In this document: positions 50,613-60,461 of the stretch, in pieces
Numbering within the stretch: position 1 is the first letter of the stretch
How the letters are laid out: every line of letters starts with the position of its first letter
Source of the DNA: Deferribacterales bacterium
Lineage (GTDB): Bacteria > Chrysiogenota > Deferribacteres > Deferribacterales > Geovibrionaceae
Reading direction: 5' to 3'
NCBI GenBank assembly: GCA_050251945.1
Contig: JBFWLW010000002.1
Location: 313,655 to 377,654, forward strand
Length of the DNA stretch: 64,000 nucleotides
Notes under the pieces: generated by a model
The model's input: the letters and a program-made list of their open reading frames with translations, nothing else
Told to the model about the DNA's origin: nothing
The model's database searches: none
Translations under genes and position numbers: made by a program

Positions 50613-50954
50613 ACGAATTATGCATGCGATACCAACATTTTAAGTTTTTCAGACATGAGAGGATGATGCAAAATTCATGTCACTTATGAAAATTGCATCG
50701 AACAGGAAGATAATATGTCAGAATTTCATGCGTGGACTCCAACGTCTCTGCGGAAACAGCCGGAGAGGAATCATGATGCCGTCAGCCGTGTAATCACCGC
50801 TTTTGTACAGTTCCGATATCCTGCTTTGAGCTTATGGCATAGAGCAGGTTCGAGTTGTTCATCAGCAGTTTTTCAAGACTCTCCTTTTATTAATGTAATA
50901 CAACGACAGGAACTGACGCACGATGCCTTCATAATCGTATAACCGGAGGCAGTC

Positions 50955-51500
50955 ATGATAGAAGTATTTTTCATTGTCATCGGCATATTTTTTTTCAGCG
51001 GCATTTTTCCGGTTATTGTTATATACGCTGTTGCTGCGGCATACCACATACTCAAATTCATTATGCCGCCAATTCTGCGTTTTCTTATTTTCGTTACGTT
51101 TGATCTTTCGGTAATAAGACCTGACGTACGCAAATCCTTTGACGGTACATACATTGTTACTTATCTGAAATGGAACGATGAGGATGGAACAATGTATTGC
51201 ACCGAAGACAAATGGGTTAACGTGAAAAAGATGCATTATGCTTTTAAAGGAGATAACGTATATTCCGATTTTGATGTTGAGTGGAACGATCACGTTAAAT
51301 GGTTTTTAAGCAAGGTCGGAAAGGTGCTTAATGATGCTGATTTCCGGACCGAGGTCAAAGGTCTGTTTACTGTTCACGGATATGGTTCCGTTGGATGCCC
51401 TGACGGTCGCAAGCTGGATTTTGAAATCAGAATGATGAAGATCAGCAATAAAGTTATCAGAAAGTTTTTCCGATGTGTCGATGTAAATGCCGATCAATGA
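50955..51500 (+). CDS. Hypothetical membrane-anchored protein
   Basis: GGAGG RBS; hydrophobic N-terminus; no recognised motif. Confidence 0.6.
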   Translation: MIEVFFIVIGIFFFSGIFPVIVIYAVAAAYHILKFIMPPILRFLIFVTFDLSVIRPDVRKSFDGTYIVTYLKWNDEDGTMYCTEDKWVNVKKMHYAFKGDNVYSDFDVEWNDHVKWFLSKVGKVLNDADFRTEVKGLFTVHGYGSVGCPDGRKLDFEIRMMKISNKVIRKFFRCVDVNADQ

Positions 51501-51571
51501 TCATACGCTTTTGGAAAGAGCATGGGATACAAAAAGATATATCCCACACTCTTTTAAGGACGTCACAGTGT

Positions 51572-52786
51572 TTAGCGCATCAGGAGACTGCGGTAATAAT
51601 GGGTGCTGTCGTTTTTCCCGAAAGCTTTCAGAAAGTCTTCGGATACTGTTTTCTGCGATACGTAGAGTCCGTAGATATATCCGGAAAGCAGGGTGTCGCC
51701 CACTATCTGATAGCCGTTTATCTTTCCGTCTTTCAGGTATATCCGTCTGAATATATCCCCCCCTGTAAAGGTTAGCTGTTCGCCTTCGTATATCCCTGCG
51801 GCTATGATGGAAAAATCAATGTGTTTCTTCAGCACGTTGGTGTTTATCGACCCTTCATATTCCGCCTCGCCGTGTATCAGCCCAAGGGCGCAGTTTTTCG
51901 CCTGCGCTCTGGCGTTTGGATATGTTCCGTATATCTTGTTTTCGCCTGTGACTTTGTGTTTTGTAACGGCAACATCCCCTGCGGCAAATATGTTGCCGGA
52001 ATATTTCAGAAAGCCGTCAACCGTCACTCCGCTGTCCTTGCCCGTCAGAGATTCAGAATTGGGAGACACCCCCACGGAAAGTATCAGAAGCCGCGTGTCT
52101 ATCTCAGTTCCGTCCGTGAGCACCACTCCGGTCAGCTGTCCGTTGTCGGTATTTATGCGCTCCACAACATTCTTAAGAATTATCTTCACGCCTGTTCTGC
52201 GTTTTATAAGTTCCGTGGCGAAGATTCCGCCGTCGTTGTCCGTCATTTGGGAAAGAACCCTGTTGTTCCTGTGGACAAGTGTGACGTCCAGACCTCTGTG
52301 GTGCAGGCATAGAGCCGCATCCACTCCTATGAAGCCGCCGCCGAATACGACCGCGTTCCCGCAGTTCTCTTCTTTCAGATATGCGTCAATCTCCAATAGG
52401 TCTGTCAGTGTCTTAAACCCGAAAACGCCTCTGGCAGAGAGCATGGACGGGTCGGGATACCAGCTTTTTGAGCCGGACGAGAAAAACAGCCTGTCATATT
52501 CGATTTTACGCCCTTTATCGGTGGTCAGCACCTGCGAATCGGGGTCTATTTCTGTCGCTGATTCACCCAGAACGGTTTGTGCGCCGTATTTCTGATAGAA
52601 GTCCGCTCCCTTCCAGTAGACCGTGTCCAGTGGTTCGCCAGCCAGAAAGAAAGGCATACTGCATGGCGAATACGGCGGCAGGTCTTCCGGACTTATCATA
52701 ATTATTTCGTCACGGCTCCCCTGCTCCCGCAGGGTGGACACAAACTCTGTGGCAGCCATGCCTGTTCCCACTGTGACAATCTTCAT
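51572..52786 (-). CDS. FAD/NAD(P)-dependent oxidoreductase associated with CODH
   Basis: GTGMAA, YSPCSMP, GGGFIG, FAAGDVA. Confidence 0.9.
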   Translation of the reverse strand: MKIVTVGTGMAATEFVSTLREQGSRDEIIMISPEDLPPYSPCSMPFFLAGEPLDTVYWKGADFYQKYGAQTVLGESATEIDPDSQVLTTDKGRKIEYDRLFFSSGSKSWYPDPSMLSARGVFGFKTLTDLLEIDAYLKEENCGNAVVFGGGFIGVDAALCLHHRGLDVTLVHRNNRVLSQMTDNDGGIFATELIKRRTGVKIILKNVVERINTDNGQLTGVVLTDGTEIDTRLLILSVGVSPNSESLTGKDSGVTVDGFLKYSGNIFAAGDVAVTKHKVTGENKIYGTYPNARAQAKNCALGLIHGEAEYEGSINTNVLKKHIDFSIIAAGIYEGEQLTFTGGDIFRRIYLKDGKINGYQIVGDTLLSGYIYGLYVSQKTVSEDFLKAFGKNDSTHYYRSLLMR

Positions 52787-52787
52787 G

Positions 52788-53375
52788 TCACTTCTCCTGC
52801 GGGCAGTCCACAGCTCTTTTCAAAGCTCTGTAGAGCGCCATATTTCCGGGGATGCTGTCCTCGCCCAGTATATATTTTCTCAGTCCCTTGCCGGCGTTTG
52901 CTATCCTCTGCTGTTCCATATCGGCGTAAATCAATGCACCTGTTTTACACGCCTCGACACAGGCGGGTTTGCCGCCCTTGCCCACTTTCTCGTGGCACAG
53001 ATCGCATTTGAAGGCGACGTCTCTGCCGAATTTTGACTGATGTGTCTCTTTGAACGCTATGGCATCAAACGGGCAGACCATTGCGCACATTGCACATGCC
53101 TTGCAGAGGTATGAGTCTATTATCACCGCGCCTGTGGCGGCATCCCTTGATATAGCGCCTGATGGACATGCGTCCAGACAGTTTGCAGGATCGCAGTGGC
53201 GGCAGGACACGGGGAAGGTAAATTCGTCAATCCCCAGCACCTTCACGTTCACCTGCGTCTTTTTGTCGTTTACCAGCCCGAAAAGGCTCTTTGAAGGATG
53301 GTGCTCCACTGCGCACGCAAGTTCGCAGTGTTTGCAGCCGATACATTTTTCATATGTTACCAATATTCTTTTCAT
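52788..53375 (-). CDS. cooF: CooF-like 4Fe-4S protein
   Basis: CIGCKHCELACAVEH, CRHCDPANCLDACP, CKACAMCAMVCP, KCDLC. Confidence 0.88.
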   Translation of the reverse strand: MKRILVTYEKCIGCKHCELACAVEHHPSKSLFGLVNDKKTQVNVKVLGIDEFTFPVSCRHCDPANCLDACPSGAISRDAATGAVIIDSYLCKACAMCAMVCPFDAIAFKETHQSKFGRDVAFKCDLCHEKVGKGGKPACVEACKTGALIYADMEQQRIANAGKGLRKYILGEDSIPGNMALYRALKRAVDCPQEK

Positions 53376-53387
53376 GTCAGCAGTCCT

Positions 53388-54203
53388 TTATTTCACTTGA
53401 AAGGTGCAGAGTGCATCGGCAAGTTTTTCCACGGCGGACGTGTAGCCGTACTCACGCCTGCCGATCACTGCCGATATATCCGGCTCGGTCTCCCTTATCA
53501 CGGTTTCATAAGGGATATACCATACGCTGTCGAACTTCTCTTCCGCGGGCGCTTTCAGGATATCCGCCATGCGGGCTGCTTTAGCGGAATCTTGTGAGGT
53601 GCGGTTGAACACAAGGTGTACGTTCTTTATCCCCGTCTCTCTTGCCAGTTGAAGAGTCATAGCGGCAACGCTCATAGCGCCGAAGGTGTCGTCGGTGACG
53701 ATCAGACAGTGTTCAAAACCTTCCGTAAGCGCACGCCCGAAATGTTCCACTCCTGCCTGCGTGTCCATCAGGATAACTTCGTTTTCACGGACTCCGACGT
53801 ATTTGACCACAGAGTCAAGCAGGGCATTTTCAGGACAGAGGCATCCCGCCGCCGCCTTCTGAACTGTTCCCATGACAAGAAGAGTCATGTTTTCTTTCAC
53901 CCTCACTCCGAAGCGGTCAATGACATCCTCCACAGGGGGATTAAGTCTGAAATATGCTCCGAAGTTGGACTGGGGTCTCGCTCCAGTTTTCTCCTCTATA
54001 TAGTCAAAATTCCTGTTCAGCGGGGTTATCTCTTCCGCGGTTCCGGGAGTCACCCCAAGGGTATAGGGCAGGTTCATCTGCGGATCTTCGTCCACCACCA
54101 GAAGCTTGTTTCCGCCCGAATGAAGTATATGTGCGAGGGACGAGGTAAGCGTTGTCTTACCGACGCCCCCCTTTCCTGTTATTACTATTCTGAGACCATC
54201 CAT
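53388..54203 (-). CDS. cooC: CODH nickel-insertion ATPase
   Basis: GKGGVGKTT, GCLCPEN, DTQAGVEHFGR. Confidence 0.93.
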   Translation of the reverse strand: MDGLRIVITGKGGVGKTTLTSSLAHILHSGGNKLLVVDEDPQMNLPYTLGVTPGTAEEITPLNRNFDYIEEKTGARPQSNFGAYFRLNPPVEDVIDRFGVRVKENMTLLVMGTVQKAAAGCLCPENALLDSVVKYVGVRENEVILMDTQAGVEHFGRALTEGFEHCLIVTDDTFGAMSVAAMTLQLARETGIKNVHLVFNRTSQDSAKAARMADILKAPAEEKFDSVWYIPYETVIRETEPDISAVIGRREYGYTSAVEKLADALCTFQVK

Positions 54204-54204
54204 A

Positions 54205-56115
54205 TCATATCCCCAGCGCCGCTCTTTTCTTCATGATCATCTCGTCCATTATGGCGGCTGATTTCACCGGATCAGGTTCAATAAAGAACGCCGCACCCAG
54301 AAGATCGTTAATGTCTTCTGTGAGTATTCTGGTTACAGTGGGGCTTCCAAGAACAGGAGGTGCGGGCCACAGGTGTACGGGGATACCGCTGCCGACAAAA
54401 TAAACTCCGATGGATACAGCTTTTTCAGTTGTCCATTCGGGAGCTGAGCCCACGAGAGGAAGCTGGTCTATGTCGATATTCAGAGCATCCGCCAGCGCTC
54501 CTGCCAGAACGAGCATTCTGGAACAGTCGACGCAGGAACCCATATGGATGACAGGGGGTATGCCCACCGCCTCGCAGACACTGCGAAGACCCTCGGATGT
54601 CTCGTTCAGAATGTTCATATCCATAAATCCGGCTTTTGCCATGGCGATCGCCCAGCATCCGGTTCCTATGACAAGTATGTCCCGCTTGATAAGCTCTCTG
54701 GTGAGTGCTATGTGGAATGAGTCCTGTCCTATCTTGACGTTATTGCAACCCACAACGCCCACAACACCCTTTATTTTACCGGACGCTATTGCGTCTATCA
54801 GGGGCTGGGGTGTCCCGCCGAGAGCCTTCAGAATCTCTTCAACGCTAAAACCTACTATTGCCTGAGATTTTATTTTGGGAATGTGTATCTTTGACTTGTT
54901 ACGCATAGGGAAAACATCTGCGGCTGCCATTATGACCTTATCAGCTATCTCGTTGGCACGCTCTTCCACAAACTGATAGTGTGTTGCGCCGGGAAATTTC
55001 GCCTGATCACTGGTGGATATGAATTTTGTGTGGAAGCATTTCGTCAGATCACCCAGTGCGGGGTAGATACACTGAACATCCACAACAACAGCCTCGACAG
55101 CGCCTGTCATGACGGCAAGCTCCTGATGGAGTTCGTTGCCTGCAACAGCTATGCCCTGACGCATCAGTATCTCGTTGCCTGTGCAGCACATGCCCACAAC
55201 GTTGATTCCTTTTGCACCCTTTGACACTGCGTATTCACGCATCTCTTTGCAGGTCGCTCTTTCAACTATCTTCGCGGAAAGTATGGGTTCGTGTCCGGAC
55301 ACGACGATATTAACATAGTCTATATCTATTACGCCGAGATTGGCGGAGACTGATTTCACCGTGGGGGTACCGAAAAGGATGTCCTGAATTTCAGTGGCGA
55401 TGAGCGACCCGCCCCAGCCGTCTGACAGTGAGCATCTGACACCCTGCATCAAAAGCGATACCGGATCATGGTCTGTTCCGAAGTGTGTCCGGTGGAGGAT
55501 ATCAACGGACTCACGGTCTATGTTTCTGGGGAGAATGCCTATTTTCATCCCCATATCTTTTTCAAACATCTCTTCAAGTTTTACGAATCTTTCCATGCGT
55601 TTTTTGGGAAGATATGCCGGCATGAAGGGCAGGGCTCCCTCTTCCTGACGTGAAAAACACTCCAGAGCGAGGTTGGCGACCTTAAGCGCCATTTCATTGA
55701 TGCTGTCCTCTGCGGAATATACGCCGATGCGTGTGGCGACCGCCTTCAATTTTTCTATATCTGTTATCTGATAATCGTGGTTTTTGCCGAGCGCTACCTC
55801 TTTAAGGAGGATTGCAGGTCTGCGACCGTGGTCGGAGTGGGAAGCCGCACCCACAGAAATCATTCTTGCTATGTTGCGGGCAACTATTGCGTCAGCGTTA
55901 GCTCCGCAGACGCCTCTGGAGGGCTCGCCGCCGAAAGGGTCTATGCGGCAGGGTCCCATAACGCAGTTCTTACAGCAGATACCCAGTTCGCCGTAACCGC
56001 ACTGGGGCTGCTGCTTTTCAAGCCTGCTCCATACGTTGTCGTAACCGTTTCTGTCCATAACTGACAGCATTTCCTGTGCAGCGGGATCCGCACTTCTATG
56101 GTCGTTTGTGTTCAT
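54205..56115 (-). CDS. cooS: Anaerobic Ni,Fe carbon monoxide dehydrogenase
   Basis: QCGYGELGICCKNCVMGPC, ASHSDH, GHEP, MCCTGNE, DVQC, GCNN, TGC, GSCVDCSR, EKA; cluster ligands appear intact. Confidence 0.96.
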   Translation of the reverse strand: MNTNDHRSADPAAQEMLSVMDRNGYDNVWSRLEKQQPQCGYGELGICCKNCVMGPCRIDPFGGEPSRGVCGANADAIVARNIARMISVGAASHSDHGRRPAILLKEVALGKNHDYQITDIEKLKAVATRIGVYSAEDSINEMALKVANLALECFSRQEEGALPFMPAYLPKKRMERFVKLEEMFEKDMGMKIGILPRNIDRESVDILHRTHFGTDHDPVSLLMQGVRCSLSDGWGGSLIATEIQDILFGTPTVKSVSANLGVIDIDYVNIVVSGHEPILSAKIVERATCKEMREYAVSKGAKGINVVGMCCTGNEILMRQGIAVAGNELHQELAVMTGAVEAVVVDVQCIYPALGDLTKCFHTKFISTSDQAKFPGATHYQFVEERANEIADKVIMAAADVFPMRNKSKIHIPKIKSQAIVGFSVEEILKALGGTPQPLIDAIASGKIKGVVGVVGCNNVKIGQDSFHIALTRELIKRDILVIGTGCWAIAMAKAGFMDMNILNETSEGLRSVCEAVGIPPVIHMGSCVDCSRMLVLAGALADALNIDIDQLPLVGSAPEWTTEKAVSIGVYFVGSGIPVHLWPAPPVLGSPTVTRILTEDINDLLGAAFFIEPDPVKSAAIMDEMIMKKRAALGI

Positions 56116-56237
56116 GTTTTTGACCTCCTGCTTTATAATGTCATAAATAAACAACATTATATAATACTGCAAACTTAGGTTTGCAGATTGCAGAATGAGC
56201 ATGTAAAGTGCAGGATGTTATTGTGAATAAAAGAGGA

Positions 56238-56942
56238 TTATTTGAGTCCCATTATGTCGAGAAATGTTTTAACGCGGGAGCGGGAGACAGAAAGTTCCGC
56301 TCCGGTAAACTTCAGTATCACATAGAAGCTGCCGTCACGTTTCACCACCTTTTCGATGTAGTTTACATTGATAATGAAACTGCGGTGTATTCTGATGAAG
56401 GTGTCTTCTGGAAGTTTTTCTTCTATCTCGGAGATCATAAAGAACGAATAGTGTTCCTTGGTCTTGGTGTAGAATTTGGTATAGATATTGTCTGCGGCAA
56501 AATAGAGTATCTTGTTCAGTTCTATGAAGTGGATATCGCTCCCCAACTGGGTGGGCATTTTGGTCAGTTTACGGTTTTTGGTGGTCAGCATGCTGGTTAT
56601 GTCGTAGCTGAGCAGGCAATAGCACCTGCGATCGCCGTCTGATATCAGGTTATTCAGCTTTATCAGGTAATATTTGTCGCCGTTGTTGGCCATGTCGACC
56701 TTAATCTGGGTCACCATCTGGTTCTCATTCCTGTCCATTATCTCCAGCATGGACGTGATGCGGTTTTTCGCCGGATCCTTGTGCAGTTCGATTATATTTT
56801 TTCCGATTATCTCATTTCGACCGAACATGGGAAAGTGTCTGATAAAGGTATTGTTGGCGTGTCTGACCAGCATTTTGTCATCAAAAATAAGAAGCCCCGG
56901 TTCAATATTTTCAAATGTTTCCAGAAAATCCGAGTATGACAT
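56238..56942 (-). CDS. rcoM: RcoM-like heme-PAS/LytTR CO-responsive regulator
   Basis: PAS with IGKNIIELH; LytTR FIRIHRSFIIN, VSRSR; directly upstream of cooS. Confidence 0.8.
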   Translation of the reverse strand: MSYSDFLETFENIEPGLLIFDDKMLVRHANNTFIRHFPMFGRNEIIGKNIIELHKDPAKNRITSMLEIMDRNENQMVTQIKVDMANNGDKYYLIKLNNLISDGDRRCYCLLSYDITSMLTTKNRKLTKMPTQLGSDIHFIELNKILYFAADNIYTKFYTKTKEHYSFFMISEIEEKLPEDTFIRIHRSFIINVNYIEKVVKRDGSFYVILKFTGAELSVSRSRVKTFLDIMGLK

Positions 56943-57133
56943 AACCTGCTCCGACGTATGCGCCGACTGAATAAATATAAAGTAGTATATGGAGAAAACG
57001 CAAATCATTCAATAAAATAAATTATGTTCTATTGACGCGGTTTGCTGTTATCAGTGCGATATTAAATACGGGCGTATATGAAGCCTTAGGACAATCTCCG
57101 CCCCCGGGCCGGATTCTTTATCAATTGTTCCGG

Positions 57134-57439
57134 TCATACAAGGATGAAGTTTATCTTCTTTTCAAGCCTCTTGCGTTCGGTAATATCGCAAATAACATGC
57201 ACTATCCCTACAAATCGTCCCTTTTCGCCATTCACAGGCGTGGCGGTGCAAAGATAAGATCTGTCATTTATGCAAATATTGCTGTCATGTCTTGTTCCGT
57301 ATTTCTTAACGAGGGTCACAGACCAACTTCCGCTTCATTCTGCAGGTAAAGTCTCTCGACTTATTGATCCAAGCTCTTTCTCAAGCTCCGCAATCCTTAC
57401 TTCTGCATCATATAGTTTTTTAGAGGTTGTATTTGCCAT
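57134..57439 (-). pseudogene. PAS/PAC sensor remnant with in-frame TGA at 57335-57337 (pseudogene; Sec readthrough not excluded)
   Basis: AAGGA RBS, ATG 57439; MANTTSKKLYDAEVRIAELEKELGSISRETLPAE*SGSWSVTLVKK...HVICDITERKRLEKK. Confidence 0.6.
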
Positions 57440-57639
57440 AGCTGTTCCTTTTGTATGATCCCATTAATAATTTAATAGAAAATAGAGTTTCTGCCTTATC
57501 ATAATCATACAGCGCTTCTGGTTTTCAAGAGCCGCATAAATGCCCCGAAAACATTCTCAGTATCCGGCTGGTTAAAACGCCAACAGGAGCTTTATCACAA
57601 GCTCCTGTTGATTTATAGCTGAATTGAAATGATTTTATT

Positions 57640-59955
57640 CTAATTTTTTGCCGCGAGTTTATCCAAAACCCGTAAAAGAGAAGTAACACATGCGGTAAGC
57701 TCTTTAAAATCTTTTTCAAGGGACTGCCTGTCTCCTGAATTATACTCTTTTATCAGTTGCCTACCGAGATCATGCACTTTGACATGCAGAGGTTCCAGCG
57801 CTTTGAAATCCGGATCGGAGGCGCAGGACGCGCAGGAATCGCTGTAATACATTTTTCCGAACGCACAATTTTTGTGGTCATCAAGACTTGTCAGAACTGT
57901 TTTACCTGTCAAATGCTTGAGAATTCTTGAAACAAAAACAATATGAGCTATTTTGGCAAGCAGAAAAATCTGTGCCTTTTTGCTCATTTTTGTATTTTTT
58001 GCTTTTTCGCTTAAACCGACAACTGCATTCTGCATATCGCCGATACCTTCATAAAGCTTATCCATATTTTCTGAAACTTTCGCTGTATGTTCCGCTGTCA
58101 TAGCGATATTCTGAGTGATCTGCTCCGTAACGACAGACTGTTCCTCAACAGCGGATGAGATGCTGATGATTAAACCGTTCAGCTCTTCCACAGAGGCGGA
58201 TATCTCCTCAAACTTCGCTCTGGTATTCTCTGTTTCCCTGCCCTGCAAAACTATGGACTCGGCAACACCTTTTGATTTACTGTCTGCACTTTCAACACTC
58301 TCAAGGATATTTCTCACTGTTGAGCTTATCTCGTCGAGAGACTGTTTGGTTTTTTCTGAAAGTTTTCTGACTTCATCAGCAACAACAGCGAATCCCCGTC
58401 CCGCTTCGCCAGCTCTGGCAGCCTCTATAGCCGCATTGAGAGCCAGAAGGTTTGTCTGGTCGGAGATATCGGAAATAACGCTGATAACAAGCCTGATCTG
58501 CTCTGTCTTTTCCCTGAGACTGTTCACTTCTTCCACAAGCGCACCGACGTTTGCGTCTATACTCTCCGCAACTTCGCAAACACCGCCGACAGCCTTGCGT
58601 CCGTCTTCCGCAAGTTTAACGCACTGACCAGCCTTATCCGCCGACCCTGCGACATTTGATGAAATATCGTTTATAGTCGCGCTCATCTCTTCACTTGCCG
58701 TCGCAACCTGACGGGCAAGGTCTTCGGTAGCGCTGATAACACTCGCAACGTCCATAATGGTCTCTGTCATAGGAACCACGCACTGCATGGCATTGCTTAT
58801 ATTTGCCAGATTTTCGAGCATTTCGCTTTCAACTTTATCCAGATAGCTGTTGAAATTTTTTGAGAGCAGATAGGTTTCTGAGCCGACTTTTTTATTCTCG
58901 GCAACTTCTTCAAGCGGAATACGTTTTGAAACATCTGAATCGTTTTGCTGCGCAAACTCCCTCATTTTTTCCGAAACGATGTCCACCGGTCTGAAAAAAA
59001 CTATAAGAAGCAGGATTATTACGGCATTGATAACAACAATTGTTACAAAAACTGCAATCAGAGCAACCTTTATCATATGTTCGGACTGATCCAGAGAATG
59101 TTTTATTATCCCTGAATCCTCGCCGAGAAGCACTGCACCGACATTTTTCCCGCTGATGTCAGCGACAGGCAAAACAGTTATGAAGTATTTATCCGTCATG
59201 AGATAACTCTCTTTGCTGTCGAACAGGGAAAGGTTTTCGCGCACAAGGTTTAAAATATCCTCGCTGTCAGTTTTCTGCGCCAAAACATAAGAACCGACTG
59301 TCGGTGCGGAAGCAAGATCGGGTGCCAGACCTATCAGGTCTTTGTTCATAAGGAGAACCATGCTTTTTTTTGATGCACTGAGTTCTTTTGCCACTGAATT
59401 TAAGCCCTGAATAAACTCAACGGCTCCGATATAATCTCCGTTTTTCATAACAGGAGCGATAGACCTGAGAGCAAATCCGGCATTGCCCACCTCAAAACCG
59501 GCAACAATCCTTTTTTCAGCTTTAACCATTTTAACAGAAGGTCTGGTTTTGCTGAGATCCTCTCCGTATTTTTCAGGCGCCCATGATCTCACAAACGACT
59601 TGTAATCAGCCGTGTGAACGTGGATTTTAATGTTTTTATATTCGGTATTTTTCTTAAAAAGATCCGAAATACCGCTAAGTCTGTTAATCACTGCCTGCCT
59701 GTCTCCGCTGAGCAGTGAAGAAATAATAACCGGATCGTTTGAAAAAGAGACCACGTTTGTGATACCGACCTGCATCTTTGTGTTCATCTTGTCCAGATAA
59801 GTACTATTCAGGCTGGCAGCAGAAGAAGCGTAGATATTTTTTTCAATCTTTTCTGCGGCATTAGCCATGATGAGGTACGTCACAAGCAGAACAACAACGG
59901 ACACAAGTGTAGCGAGAAGTATAATTTTAAATTTGATGGACATTAAACGAATCAT
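57640..59955 (-). CDS. Methyl-accepting chemotaxis protein with Cache domain and C-terminal CZB zinc-binding domain
   Basis: MCP signature; [21 protein letters not shown]. Confidence 0.92.
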   Translation of the reverse strand: MIRLMSIKFKIILLATLVSVVVLLVTYLIMANAAEKIEKNIYASSAASLNSTYLDKMNTKMQVGITNVVSFSNDPVIISSLLSGDRQAVINRLSGISDLFKKNTEYKNIKIHVHTADYKSFVRSWAPEKYGEDLSKTRPSVKMVKAEKRIVAGFEVGNAGFALRSIAPVMKNGDYIGAVEFIQGLNSVAKELSASKKSMVLLMNKDLIGLAPDLASAPTVGSYVLAQKTDSEDILNLVRENLSLFDSKESYLMTDKYFITVLPVADISGKNVGAVLLGEDSGIIKHSLDQSEHMIKVALIAVFVTIVVINAVIILLLIVFFRPVDIVSEKMREFAQQNDSDVSKRIPLEEVAENKKVGSETYLLSKNFNSYLDKVESEMLENLANISNAMQCVVPMTETIMDVASVISATEDLARQVATASEEMSATINDISSNVAGSADKAGQCVKLAEDGRKAVGGVCEVAESIDANVGALVEEVNSLREKTEQIRLVISVISDISDQTNLLALNAAIEAARAGEAGRGFAVVADEVRKLSEKTKQSLDEISSTVRNILESVESADSKSKGVAESIVLQGRETENTRAKFEEISASVEELNGLIISISSAVEEQSVVTEQITQNIAMTAEHTAKVSENMDKLYEGIGDMQNAVVGLSEKAKNTKMSKKAQIFLLAKIAHIVFVSRILKHLTGKTVLTSLDDHKNCAFGKMYYSDSCASCASDPDFKALEPLHVKVHDLGRQLIKEYNSGDRQSLEKDFKELTACVTSLLRVLDKLAAKN

Positions 59956-60287
59956 CAGAATCCTCCCTGAGAGCATAAAACAAACTGCATGTATTTTTGT
60001 TTGTCAGGCTTAAATACCCAAGGCAAATATGTAATTATGTATGTCTTATGTTTAAAAATACCGCTACTGAGTTACCAAATCAAGATTATTTGCAATATAT
60101 TTCATAAAAAAGGCAATGTTGGAAATATAAAATTTTTCCCGATGCATAATAATTAATTATTAATTAAATTATTGAAACTTAAATACAAAACAACACACTG
60201 AACGACTAAAAAGGGGAGATTCTCAAGAAAAAAATTTGATTATGCACGGTGGCAGGAGAAAAAGGGAGAGCCTGAAAAAGCTCTCCC

Positions 60288-60430
60288 TCAGCTTGTTGAT
60301 AAACTAAATTTACACAGACTCACATTAGACTGCTTCGGGTTAAAACCCTCGCAGAGACGTTTTCTTGTCTTCGCGAGGAGCGCATGTGACGAAGCGATCT
60401 CCCATTTTCCTGACTTTGTCATCAGTTTGA
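60288..60430. mobile_element. MITE-like element carrying REP copy 8 (60327-60401), flanked by a duplicated terminator hairpin
   Basis: Ends TCAGCTTGTTGATAAA / TTTGTCATCAGTTTGA; flanks GGGAGAGCCTGAAAA(A)GCTCTCCC at 60264-60287 and 60431-60453. Confidence 0.7.
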
Positions 60431-60461
60431 GGGAGAGCCTGAAAAGCTCTCCCCTTTTTTA

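Noticed and set aside
50715..51293. Short ORFs upstream of and antisense to the hypothetical gene
   Set aside because: No recognisable motifs, and the 50955-51500 ORF has the better RBS.
38468..51500. Genomic island integrated at selC
   Set aside because: No integrase, and I did not see a duplicated tRNA 3' end; not supportable from this window.
10927..60401. Repeats as a CRISPR array
   Set aside because: They are dispersed and degenerate, not tandem with spacers, and no cas genes are present.
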